Part shown: piece after piece, positions 48,594 through 57,907 of the stretch
Position numbering within the stretch: the first letter of the stretch is position 1
Layout: each line of letters begins with the position of its first letter
From: Myxococcota bacterium
GTDB lineage: Bacteria > Myxococcota_A > UBA9160 > UBA6930
Direction of reading: 5' to 3'
DNA: 64,000 nt
Assembly (NCBI GenBank): GCA_965223705.1
Contig: OZ245015.1
Coordinates: 1,120,001-1,184,000, forward strand
Made by a program: the position numbers and the translations under genes
Notes under the pieces: model-generated
What the model was told of the DNA's origin: nothing
The model's database searches: none
What the model saw: the letters and a program-made list of their open reading frames with translations, nothing else

Positions 48594-49672
48594 GGTTCCT
48601 CGAACACGATCGCGGGTTCGTCTTCTTCCTTGCGCTCGACGACGCCGATCGTATGCGGGCGTTCGCCCATACCGCGGAGGCGCTGCGTGATGTCTTCGGC
48701 GTCTTCCGCTGCGACGACGAGGACCATTCCGATGCCGCAATTGAAGACCCGCAGCATTTCGGTTTCGCTGACGTCGCCTTCCCGAGCCAAGAAATCGAAG
48801 ATCGGCGGGCGCGGCCACGCCGTGCGATCGATGCGCGCGCGCACACCGGAGGGGAGGACGCGCGGTACGTTGCCCGAGAAACCGCCGCCGGTGATGTGGA
48901 CCAGCCCGTGGATGTCGAAATCGCGCATCAAGTTGAGGATGGGCTTCACGTAGATCCGCGTCGGCGAAAGCAACGCACTCGCCAAGCTCGAGTTGAGCTC
49001 CGGCGGGGTGGTTCGCAGATCGAAGCGGCCCGCGGCCATGCCTTCGTCGAGAATCCGCCGCACCAGGGAAAACCCGTTGCTGTGGACGCCGTTGGACGCG
49101 AGCCCGACCAGCGCGTCGCCCTCCCGGATCGCCGTGCCGTCGATCACACGGCTGCGTTCCACGACACCGACGCCGAAGCCGACGAGCTCGAGCTCTCCTT
49201 TCGGATAAAAGCCCGGCATCGTTGCCGTTTCACCGCCCAAGAGGGCGCAGCCGGCACGCCGACAACCCTCGGCGACGCCGCGCAGCGCCTGCTCTGCCAG
49301 CTCGTCGTCTTGCTCTCCCAACGCCAGGTAGTCGAGAAAGATCAGCGGTTCGGCACCTTGCACGACGAGATCGTTGACGACCATCCCGACCACGTCGATC
49401 CCCGCGACGTCGAAGCGGGAAAGCAGCGCCGCGAGCTTGAGCTTAGTTCCGACGCCGTCGGTCGAAGCGACGAAAATCGGCTCCTTGTAGCGGTCCGGGG
49501 CCTTGAACAGCCCGGCGAAGCCCCCGATGGAGGAAAGGACTTCCGCACGGAACGTACCCCGCGCGATGTCCTTCACGCGGTCGACAAAGCCTTCGTCGTG
49601 GTCGAGGTCGACGCCCGCGCTGCGGTAGGCCGGGGCGCTGGCGTCGGTATCCTTGGGAGGCGGGGACGACAT
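48590..49672 (-). CDS. purM: Phosphoribosylformylglycinamidine cyclo-ligase
   Basis: YRSAGVD, GGFAGLF, STDGVGTK, GGETA, HSNGFSL, HITGGG and FNCGIG motifs. Confidence 0.97.
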   Translation of the reverse strand: MSSPPPKDTDASAPAYRSAGVDLDHDEGFVDRVKDIARGTFRAEVLSSIGGFAGLFKAPDRYKEPIFVASTDGVGTKLKLAALLSRFDVAGIDVVGMVVNDLVVQGAEPLIFLDYLALGEQDDELAEQALRGVAEGCRRAGCALLGGETATMPGFYPKGELELVGFGVGVVERSRVIDGTAIREGDALVGLASNGVHSNGFSLVRRILDEGMAAGRFDLRTTPPELNSSLASALLSPTRIYVKPILNLMRDFDIHGLVHITGGGFSGNVPRVLPSGVRARIDRTAWPRPPIFDFLAREGDVSETEMLRVFNCGIGMVLVVAAEDAEDITQRLRGMGERPHTIGVVERKEEDEPAIVFEEP

Positions 49673-49681
49673 GGTTGACCC

Positions 49682-49711
49682 GTGATACTCGAGGTCCCCG
49701 AGGGCTGTCAA
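49682..49711 (-). promoter_or_regulatory. Putative sigma70 promoter of purM (very short leader)
   Basis: Minus strand TTGACA-N18-TATCAC ending 9 nt before the ATG. Confidence 0.55.
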
Positions 49712-49756
49712 ACGCGATCTCCGAGGCCCCGCATGGCGCGCGCTACACTGCACCGG

Positions 49757-50455
49757 GTGAGCGTTGCGGTCGTGATCCCCGCGCTTCGCGAGGCGGAACG
49801 GATCGAGGCCGCTATCGCGAGTGCGTTCGAGTATTCCTCCGAAGACCGATCCCCCGAGCAAGGCCCCGTCACCGTGATCGTCGTCGACGGCGGAAGCGAT
49901 GACGGTACCCCCCAGCGGGCGGCGCGGGCCGGCGCCAGGGTCGTCCGAAGCGAGCCCGGGAGAGCGCACCAGCTCCGGGTCGGCTTCGCGCAGTCGGAAG
50001 CGCCCGTGGTGCTTTTTCTGCACGCCGACACGCGCCTACCGAAGGGGTGGTTGCGTTTGGTAGAAGGAGCCATGGCCGACGCGGACGTCGCGGGAGGCGC
50101 CTTTGGTTTTCGCTTCGATCGGCGGTCGGCGCGGCTCGCCTGGATCGAGTGGGGCGTCGCGTTGCGTAATCTGCTGTTTCGTCTGCCGTATGGCGATCAA
50201 GCGATCTTCGCGCGTCGGCAGGCTATCGAAGCCATGGGCGGGATCCCGAGCGCTCCGATCATGGAAGACCTCGATTTGGTGCGCGAGTTGAAACGGCAGG
50301 GACGCTTCGTCTTGTTTCGCGACGCGGTGTTGACGTCGCCTCGGCGCTACGACGGCGCGGGGCCGGTGCGGACGTTCCTGCGCAACGCCGGTGCGTTGTT
50401 GGCGTGGCGCGTCGGGATCGACCGACACCGGGTCGCTCGGTGGTATCGGGCATGA
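49757..50455 (+). CDS. GT2 glycosyltransferase, TIGR04283-like
   Basis: VVIPALRE, VDGGSDD, GRAHQ, FLHADT, YGDQAIF, PIMED and TSPRRY motifs. Confidence 0.85.
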   Translation: MSVAVVIPALREAERIEAAIASAFEYSSEDRSPEQGPVTVIVVDGGSDDGTPQRAARAGARVVRSEPGRAHQLRVGFAQSEAPVVLFLHADTRLPKGWLRLVEGAMADADVAGGAFGFRFDRRSARLAWIEWGVALRNLLFRLPYGDQAIFARRQAIEAMGGIPSAPIMEDLDLVRELKRQGRFVLFRDAVLTSPRRYDGAGPVRTFLRNAGALLAWRVGIDRHRVARWYRA

Positions 50456-52233
50456 GCGCGCGGGGCGCGATCGCTTCGCTGGCCCACCTGCGCCCTTATT
50501 TGCGCGGTCATCGGGCCGACTACGCCTGGGGCGCCCTCTCTGTCGTTTCCTATGTCGCGTTGTTCGCCGCGGGGCCGCCGCTCTTCGGTTGGACCCTCCG
50601 CGCCTTGACGGAAGGGCTCGGCCGGGAAGAGGTCCTGAAGCGCGCGGCCGTCTTTGCAGGCGTGGCTCTGGTTTCGACGGCGGTTCGGTTCTTCTCGCGC
50701 ACGTTGTTATTCAATACAGCGCGGCGGATCGAGTACGAGCTCCGCAACGATTTGTTCGCCCACCTGCAGCGCCTTCCGCAATCGTTCTACGCGAAGTGGC
50801 GGACCGGCGACCTCATGAGCCGCTGCGTCAACGATCTCAATTCGATCCGGCTCATGCTCGGCGTGGGAGGCGTCAACATTCTGCAGGCGCCCATCCTGTA
50901 TGCGGCGTCGATCGCGGTCATGCTGACGCTCAACCCGACGCTGACGCTGTTGGCGCTGTGTCCTTATCCGCTCTTCATCGCCATCGCGCGCACGTTCGGC
51001 CGCGCGAACCACGCGGCGAATCTCGCCGTACAGCGCGGCCTGGGCCTCCTCTCGAATCAGGTACAGGAATCCGTTTCGGGCATCGCGGTGGTCAAGGCGT
51101 ACGCCATGGAAGCGGCGACGCAAGAAAGGTTCGACCGAGCCGCGGAGAGTCTGTTCCGCCGTCACCTTCGCCTGGTTCGCGTGAGCAGCGCGATACCGAC
51201 GATGGCGCGACTGCTCCCCGGCCTCGCGATGTGGGTCGTACTCTGGTTCGGCGGACGCGCCATTCAGGGCGGCCGTATGGACATCCCGGAGTTTTTCGTC
51301 TTCGCCCTGTACATCCACCAGCTGACGTTTCCCACGGTGATCACCGGTTGGGTCTTCGCGATCGTTCAACGGGGCGCGGCTTCGATGCAACGCGTGCAGG
51401 AAATTCTCGCGACGAAACCCACGATCGACGATGTCGAAGGCGCACGTGCACCCGAACCCGTCCGCGGCGAAATCGAGTTTCGCGGGCTCTCGTTCCGGTA
51501 CGCCGGCTCGCCCGACCCGGTTCTTCGCGACATCGACCTGCGCGTTCCGGCGGGCTCTGTGCTCGGCGTCGTCGGTCCCATCGGTTCCGGGAAGACGTCG
51601 CTCATTTCGCTGATCCCGCGCCTTTACGAAGTGCCGCCGGGTTGCCTCTTCGTCGACGGTGTGGACGTCAACGACTGGCCGCTCGAAGCCCTGCGCAGCA
51701 GCATCGCTGTCGTACCCCAGGATTCGTTTCTCTTCTCGCTGTCGCTCGCCGACAACATCGCCTTCGGCTTGCCGTCGACCGATCTCGAGACCGCGGCCGC
51801 CGCCGCCCGGTCGGCCCAGCTCGCGGAAGACCTCGAGGAACTCCCCCACGGCCTTTCGACGGTGGTGGGTGAGCGTGGCGTCATGTTGTCGGGGGGACAG
51901 CGGCAGCGGACCGCCTTGGCGCGCGCGTTGATCCTCGATCGACCCATCTTGTTACTCGACGACACGCTCTCGGCCGTCGACGCCGAGACCGAAGCCGCGA
52001 TTCAGGCCGAGTTGCGGAGTCGCTTCGACGGGCGAACGGTCGTCGTCGTGAGCCACCGCGTGTCTTCCGTTCGCGAAGCTGATCAGATCGCCGTGCTCGA
52101 CGGCGGCCGCATCACGGAACTCGGCACCCACGACGAGCTCGTCGCTCTCGGCGGCTGGTACGCACGACTCGCCCGTGCGCAGGCGCTCGAAGCCGAGTTG
52201 TCGACCCTCGACCGCGACGCCGAGGTCGCCTGA
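50452..52233 (+). CDS. Heterodimeric ABC exporter subunit A (MdlA-like)
   Basis: RTGDLMSR, GPIGSGKT, LSGGQRQR and degenerate Walker B LLDD. Confidence 0.9.
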   Translation: MSARGAIASLAHLRPYLRGHRADYAWGALSVVSYVALFAAGPPLFGWTLRALTEGLGREEVLKRAAVFAGVALVSTAVRFFSRTLLFNTARRIEYELRNDLFAHLQRLPQSFYAKWRTGDLMSRCVNDLNSIRLMLGVGGVNILQAPILYAASIAVMLTLNPTLTLLALCPYPLFIAIARTFGRANHAANLAVQRGLGLLSNQVQESVSGIAVVKAYAMEAATQERFDRAAESLFRRHLRLVRVSSAIPTMARLLPGLAMWVVLWFGGRAIQGGRMDIPEFFVFALYIHQLTFPTVITGWVFAIVQRGAASMQRVQEILATKPTIDDVEGARAPEPVRGEIEFRGLSFRYAGSPDPVLRDIDLRVPAGSVLGVVGPIGSGKTSLISLIPRLYEVPPGCLFVDGVDVNDWPLEALRSSIAVVPQDSFLFSLSLADNIAFGLPSTDLETAAAAARSAQLAEDLEELPHGLSTVVGERGVMLSGGQRQRTALARALILDRPILLLDDTLSAVDAETEAAIQAELRSRFDGRTVVVVSHRVSSVREADQIAVLDGGRITELGTHDELVALGGWYARLARAQALEAELSTLDRDAEVA

Positions 52234-54119
52234 TGTCGGGGAAAGAGAAGCCGAGCGGCGCGCAGCGAGAAGTTCTCCAAGAAGAAGAGGCCCTGGGGAA
52301 GGCGGTCGACGGACATCTCATCGCGCGCTTGTGGCCCTACGTCACACCGTACCGTTGGCAAGTCCTCGTGACGCTGTTGCTCGTGGCCCCGCTCTTCGTG
52401 CTGATGTTCGCTCCGGTCTACATCGTGAAGACCGGCCTCGACCGCGTGTTCGGCTCCGGTGAGCGCGAGCCCAGTTGGATCGAAACGCTTCTCGACGCGC
52501 CGGCCGGGTTTGATGCGCTCCTCTGGCTCGCGGGGCTCTACCTGCTTTCGGTCGTCGCACACTCCGCGCTCGACTTCATCCGTCTCGTCCTGATGGCTCA
52601 AACCGGTCAATCGGCCATGCGGGATCTGCGGCGGGACGTCTTCGCGCACGTACAGCGACTCCACTTGGGTTTCTTCGATCGCTATCCGGTGGGTCGACTG
52701 GTGACGAGGACGACGAACGACGTCGAGAACGTCGCGGAGATGTTCAGCCAGGGAATCATCGCCTTCATCACCGATCTGCTCATCATGATCGGGATCGCGG
52801 TGGTGCTGCTCCTCCAGGACGCCAAGCTCGCGCTGCTGACGTTCTGCGTCGTGCCGGTTCTCGCTGCCGCGGCGGTCATCTTCCGACTCAAGGTGCGAGA
52901 GGCGTACCGGTTGGTGCGCGTTCGCATCGCTCGAATCAACACCTTCATTCAAGAATCCATCACCGGTATGAAGGTCGTTCAGCTGTTTGCGCGGGAGCGT
53001 CGCAACCAACGGGAATTCGAAGCGCTGAACGCCGAGCATCGCGACGCTTGGTTTCAATCGATTCGCTACGACGCGGCACTGTTCTCGGTTGTCGAGCTCG
53101 CGGGCCAAATCACGATGGCCGTGGTGATTGCGAACGCGACCCATATCGCCGAAGCCGGGACGATCTACTTTTTCATCGAAGGGATGCGGCTGTTCTTCAT
53201 GCCGCTTCGGGATCTGTCCGCGAAGTACGCGGTGATGCAGTCGTCGATGGCGAGTTGCGAGCGGATCTTTCAACTGCTCGACACGGAGCCCGCCATCGTT
53301 GACCCGCCCGAACCGAAACGGCTCGATGACGCACGCGGAGAAGTCGTCTTCGAGAATGTGTGGTTCCGCTACAACGACGACGACCCCGACTGGGTCCTGC
53401 GGGACGTTTCCTTCCGCGTCGCCCCCGGCGAGAAAGTGGCGTTCGTCGGGTCGACCGGTGCGGGCAAGACGACAGTCATCAAGCTGCTCACCCGGCTGTA
53501 CGAAGCGACGCGCGGACGGATCACCTTGGACGGCGTCGACATCCGGGACCTGTCCCAAGAGACCCTCCGGCGCCGGGTCGTGACCGTGCTTCAGGACGTC
53601 TTCCTCTTTAGCGGCACGATCGCCGAAAACCTGCAGCTCGGTCGCGACGACATTTCCGAGGCGGCGCTAAAGGACGCCCTCGAAGCGGTCGGGGCCAGTC
53701 GCTTCGTCGACCGGTTGGCCGACGGAATCGATTCCGAGGTTCGCGAACGCGCGACGAACTTCTCGGCGGGCCAACGCCAGCTGTTGTCCTTCGCCCGGGC
53801 GTTGGCGTACGGCGCCCGCGTCTTGGTCCTGGACGAAGCGACCAGCGCCGTCGATGGCGAGACGGAGGAGCTCCTTCAACGCGGTGTCCAGGTGCTGCTC
53901 GAGGACAAGACGGCGCTGGTCATCGCGCACCGCCTGTCGACGATCGAGGACGTCGACCGAATCCACGTTCTGCACCGCGGTCGCATTCGCGAGTCCGGGA
54001 GCCATGAGGAGCTCCTCGCGGCGGGAGGCATCTACGAGCGCCTCTACAGGCTGCAATATGCCGGCTCCGACTCTCCCCTGAGGGAGACGGCTTGCACGTC
54101 CGCCTCCGGCGGTGTTTAA
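52233..54119 (+). CDS. Heterodimeric ABC exporter subunit B (MdlB-like)
   Basis: PVGRLVTR, GSTGAGKT, degenerate signature FSAGQRQL and LDEATS. Confidence 0.9.
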   Translation: MSGKEKPSGAQREVLQEEEALGKAVDGHLIARLWPYVTPYRWQVLVTLLLVAPLFVLMFAPVYIVKTGLDRVFGSGEREPSWIETLLDAPAGFDALLWLAGLYLLSVVAHSALDFIRLVLMAQTGQSAMRDLRRDVFAHVQRLHLGFFDRYPVGRLVTRTTNDVENVAEMFSQGIIAFITDLLIMIGIAVVLLLQDAKLALLTFCVVPVLAAAAVIFRLKVREAYRLVRVRIARINTFIQESITGMKVVQLFARERRNQREFEALNAEHRDAWFQSIRYDAALFSVVELAGQITMAVVIANATHIAEAGTIYFFIEGMRLFFMPLRDLSAKYAVMQSSMASCERIFQLLDTEPAIVDPPEPKRLDDARGEVVFENVWFRYNDDDPDWVLRDVSFRVAPGEKVAFVGSTGAGKTTVIKLLTRLYEATRGRITLDGVDIRDLSQETLRRRVVTVLQDVFLFSGTIAENLQLGRDDISEAALKDALEAVGASRFVDRLADGIDSEVRERATNFSAGQRQLLSFARALAYGARVLVLDEATSAVDGETEELLQRGVQVLLEDKTALVIAHRLSTIEDVDRIHVLHRGRIRESGSHEELLAAGGIYERLYRLQYAGSDSPLRETACTSASGGV

Positions 54120-54215
54120 TCACCTCGACCCCCCGTGAGGACGATCGCCGTTTGGGCTCCGGACGCCCGGGCGGGCGGATGACCTCGCCCGTCGGCGAAC
54201 GCCAGGGGGGTGCTC

Positions 54216-57200
54216 TTGCACGTCAAGTCCCTAGAAATTCACGGCTTTAAGAGCTTTGTCGATCGTGTCGTCTTCGGCTTTGAAGAAGGCATCACCGCGA
54301 TCGTCGGCCCGAACGGCTGCGGCAAGTCGAACGTGGTGGACGCCTTTCGCTGGGGCATGGGCGAGCAATCGCCGCGCCGATTGCGAGGCAAAGGGATGGA
54401 AGACGTCATCTTCGCGGGGTCCGAGCAGCGCTCCCCCGTCGGAATGGCGGAAGTGGTGATCACCTTCGACACCAGCGACGGCCAAGCGCCGCCGGCTTAC
54501 GCAGCGTTCCAAGAGGTCCAGGTATCCCGGCGCCTCTATCGGTCGGGCGAATCGGAATACCTGATCAACAAGGTGCCGAGCCGTCTGAAAGACGTCCTCG
54601 ATTTCTTCCGCGACACCGGTATCGGCACTCGCGGCTACGCGATCGTCGAACAGGGTCGGATCGCGGAAATCGTTTCCGCTCGCCCCGAAGAGCGCCGGGG
54701 GTTGATCGAAGAAGCTGCCGGCATCAGCAAATACAAGGCCCGGCGTCGCGAAGCCGAGCGGAAGCTCGAGGGCACCGAACAAAACCTGCTCCGCGTGTCG
54801 GATGTCCTCGGCGAGATCAAGCGCCAGATCAACTCCCTCGAGCGCCAGGCGCGCAAGGCGGCCCGCTTCAAGCGCCTGCGCGAGACCCAGCGGCTGCTCG
54901 AGCTCTCCTTGGCGTACGACGAGCGCGCGACGCTTCTCGAGGAGATCGAACGCTCGCGGAAGCGCGCGGCGGAACGATCCGATGCACTGACAGCGAGCGA
55001 AGCGAAGCTCTCCGAAAAAGAAGCGGCCCTCGAGCAGCACCGGGTCGAACTCGCCGAGCGCGAGCGCGTGGTGATGAGCGAATCGGAGCGGTTGTTCCAC
55101 CTGCGCAGTCAGATCAAAGATCTGGAAGGCCGCATCAGCTACGGCCGGAGGGAGCGGGGATCGCTCCTCGAGGCTTCGGAATCCCGGACCCGCGAGCGCG
55201 AGCAGCTCGAAAAGCAACTGCGCGAATCCGAGGAGAGCTTGGCGCGCCAGCAGGATGAGCTGCGCGCGGTCGCGGCCGCGCTCGAGGCCGACGGGCAGGC
55301 GATGGCGGTGGCGGAAGCAGAAGCGCGCGGTGCGGAAGAGGCCCTGCGCGAGGTCGAAGCGCAGCGCGACGCGGCAAACCACACGCTTGTCGAGCACCTG
55401 ACCCTGATCGCTCGGCTGGAAGACCGATTGTCTGCACTGGGGGATCGGCGCGACGAGGTCGATCGCCGGCTCCGCACGACCGACGAGCAGGTCGAGGTGC
55501 ACCAGAACGAGGCCGCGAGGGTGAATTCCGATCAGCAGGCGCTGGAAGAAGGGCTTCGGAACCTTCTCCACGACCGCGACGCGCTGATGGGAAGGCTGCG
55601 CGAAGCCACGAACCAGAAGGCGACTGCCGACGGCGAACTCGACCGGGTGCGCGGTGAGCTGCGCGAGGCTCGGGAACTTCGCGAAACGCGCAAGGCGCGC
55701 CTCCTGTCGCTGGAAGAACTCATCGAACGTCGGGAAGATCTCGGAAGCGCCGCGCGCCACTTGCTCTCGGGAGACGCCGCGGGGCAGCGGTTGGGTCTAC
55801 TCCGGGACACCTTGACGATCGAGCCGGGGTTCGAGCGCGCTCTCGAGGCCGTCTTGGCCGGGGTCGCGGAAGCCCTCGTCGCCGAAGGTCCCGACGCCGC
55901 ACTGTCCGCCATCGATCGACTGCGATCCGAAGGAGCCGGGCGCGGCGCGTTCGTCGTCGCTTCGGGAGATGCGGAGCCGTCCGCCGGCATCGTTCCTCTG
56001 GGCACACCACTGCGTTCTCACGTAACGCCGCGCTCGGGTTACGCGGGGCTGTTCGACCGGTTGTTGCGCGACATCAACTGTGTCGATTCGCTCGGCGAAG
56101 TCGTCCGCCTCTACGGGACGAAGCCTCCCTGCACGTTCGTCACGCGGGAAGGCGACGTGCTCACGCCGTCGGGGGTCCTACAGGGCGGTGGCGGAACGAG
56201 CGAGCCCGGTGTGCTCGGTCGCGTCGCGGAGGTTCAGCAACTCCATGCCGAAGTCGCCGAACTCGATCGTCGCGTCCAAACGCTCGAGGAGCGCGAACGG
56301 TCTGCGGCGAGCGCCGCGTCGGTTGCGAGCGACGAACTCGACAATCTGCGCAATCGCCACCATACGGCGGCCCTCGCCGTCGCGAGCCACGAGAAAGATC
56401 TCGAACGCTCTCGCGACCGGTTGAAAGCGATCGGTGAAGCTCAGGAAGACCGCGTCGCGGCGCGCTCGTCACTGCTCGAGGAAGCGGGACGTTTCGATGA
56501 GGAGCGTGCGCGCGCCGAAGAGCAACTGGCCGAGGCTCGCGGCGAACGGACCCGCCGGCAGGGTCTTCTCGACGGCCTGGGTATGCGGATCGGGAGCGCT
56601 TCGCGAGAGGTAGCCCGTCTGGCCGCGGTGGTCACCGAGCGTCGCGTGCAGCAGGCGAGTCGCGCGGAGACCCGCGATCGGGTGTCCGAATCCGTGACCG
56701 CGACCCAGGCGAGCGTGGAGGAGCTTCGCGGTTGGATCGGCCAGCGGGAAGAAGAGATAGCGAGTGCGACGCAGCGCCGCGGGCAGCTCGCCGAAGAAAT
56801 CGAATCGTGTGAGCGGGAATTGGCCGAACGGCTTCGGGACGAGGAGACGGCTCGGGTCGACGCTGAGGCCAAGCGCGAAGCGTTCGAGCGATCCGCGGCC
56901 GAGGTTCGCACGCTCGAGGAAGGCGCACGCGGCGACCGACAGGAAGTGAACCAGGCGCGAGAATCCGCGCAGGCGGCGGAGCTCGCGGTGAAAGAAGGCG
57001 AGCTTCGGTTGACCCATCTGGCGGAAACCATCCGCGACCGGTGGCACGTCGATCTCGTCGATTGGAAGCCGCCGGTTCCCGCCCAGGACGTCGCGATCGC
57101 TACGGAGACCGAACGCGCGGCCACCCAAGGGCCGCCGTCGGACGGCGAATCTCTCGAAGACGACGCCGATGTGCGGCGAGAAGCCGCTCGGAACGCCGAG

Positions 57201-57860
57201 CTCATGGCGGCCGACACGCCCGAGCGCAAGCGCGTCCTCGAGGAGACCCGACGCAAGATCGAATCGATGGGCGAAGTGAATCTCGGAGCGATCGAAGAGC
57301 ACGAGGAGCTCAGGGAGCGGGACCGCTTCTTGACCGAGCAAAAGGCCGACCTCGAGCACAGTGTCACACAGCTGCGCGACGCGATCTCGCGAATCAATCG
57401 CACGAGCCGAAAACGGTTCCGCGAGACCTTCGACGCGGTGAACGAGCAGTTCGAAAAGAACTTTCCGAGGCTCTTCCGGGGCGGCAAAGCGTCTCTCAGC
57501 CTGTCGGAATCGGAAGACGTGCTCGACGCCGGCATCGAGATCATGGCGCAGCCCCCGGGCAAGAAGAACCAGAGCGTGAACTTGCTGTCCGGAGGCGAAA
57601 AGACCATGACGGCCCTGGCTTTGTTGGTCTCCGTATTCCAAGTGCGACCATCGCCGTTCTTCCTTCTCGATGAGGTCGACGCCGCGCTCGACGATGCGAA
57701 TATCGGTCGCTTCAACGAGATGTTGGCCGAACTGTCCGATGACTCGCAGTTCCTTCTCATCACCCACAACAAGCGCACGATCGAGGTCGCGAAGACGTTG
57801 TACGGCGTGACGATGGAAGAGAAGGGCGTGTCGAAACTCGTCGGCGTCGAGCTCGGCTGA
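54216..57860 (+). CDS. smc: Chromosome segregation protein SMC
   Basis: GFKSF, GPNGCGKSN, coiled coils, hinge, LSGGEK and LDEVDAALD; start is TTG 54216 or GTG 54210. Confidence 0.97.
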   Translation: MHVKSLEIHGFKSFVDRVVFGFEEGITAIVGPNGCGKSNVVDAFRWGMGEQSPRRLRGKGMEDVIFAGSEQRSPVGMAEVVITFDTSDGQAPPAYAAFQEVQVSRRLYRSGESEYLINKVPSRLKDVLDFFRDTGIGTRGYAIVEQGRIAEIVSARPEERRGLIEEAAGISKYKARRREAERKLEGTEQNLLRVSDVLGEIKRQINSLERQARKAARFKRLRETQRLLELSLAYDERATLLEEIERSRKRAAERSDALTASEAKLSEKEAALEQHRVELAERERVVMSESERLFHLRSQIKDLEGRISYGRRERGSLLEASESRTREREQLEKQLRESEESLARQQDELRAVAAALEADGQAMAVAEAEARGAEEALREVEAQRDAANHTLVEHLTLIARLEDRLSALGDRRDEVDRRLRTTDEQVEVHQNEAARVNSDQQALEEGLRNLLHDRDALMGRLREATNQKATADGELDRVRGELREARELRETRKARLLSLEELIERREDLGSAARHLLSGDAAGQRLGLLRDTLTIEPGFERALEAVLAGVAEALVAEGPDAALSAIDRLRSEGAGRGAFVVASGDAEPSAGIVPLGTPLRSHVTPRSGYAGLFDRLLRDINCVDSLGEVVRLYGTKPPCTFVTREGDVLTPSGVLQGGGGTSEPGVLGRVAEVQQLHAEVAELDRRVQTLEERERSAASAASVASDELDNLRNRHHTAALAVASHEKDLERSRDRLKAIGEAQEDRVAARSSLLEEAGRFDEERARAEEQLAEARGERTRRQGLLDGLGMRIGSASREVARLAAVVTERRVQQASRAETRDRVSESVTATQASVEELRGWIGQREEEIASATQRRGQLAEEIESCERELAERLRDEETARVDAEAKREAFERSAAEVRTLEEGARGDRQEVNQARESAQAAELAVKEGELRLTHLAETIRDRWHVDLVDWKPPVPAQDVAIATETERAATQGPPSDGESLEDDADVRREAARNAELMAADTPERKRVLEETRRKIESMGEVNLGAIEEHEELRERDRFLTEQKADLEHSVTQLRDAISRINRTSRKRFRETFDAVNEQFEKNFPRLFRGGKASLSLSESEDVLDAGIEIMAQPPGKKNQSVNLLSGGEKTMTALALLVSVFQVRPSPFFLLDEVDAALDDANIGRFNEMLAELSDDSQFLLITHNKRTIEVAKTLYGVTMEEKGVSKLVGVELG

Positions 57861-57907
57861 CCGGCTCGGCGCGAGGCGCCGCCAGCCCAAGCTGTTAAGT
57901 TCCGGCC

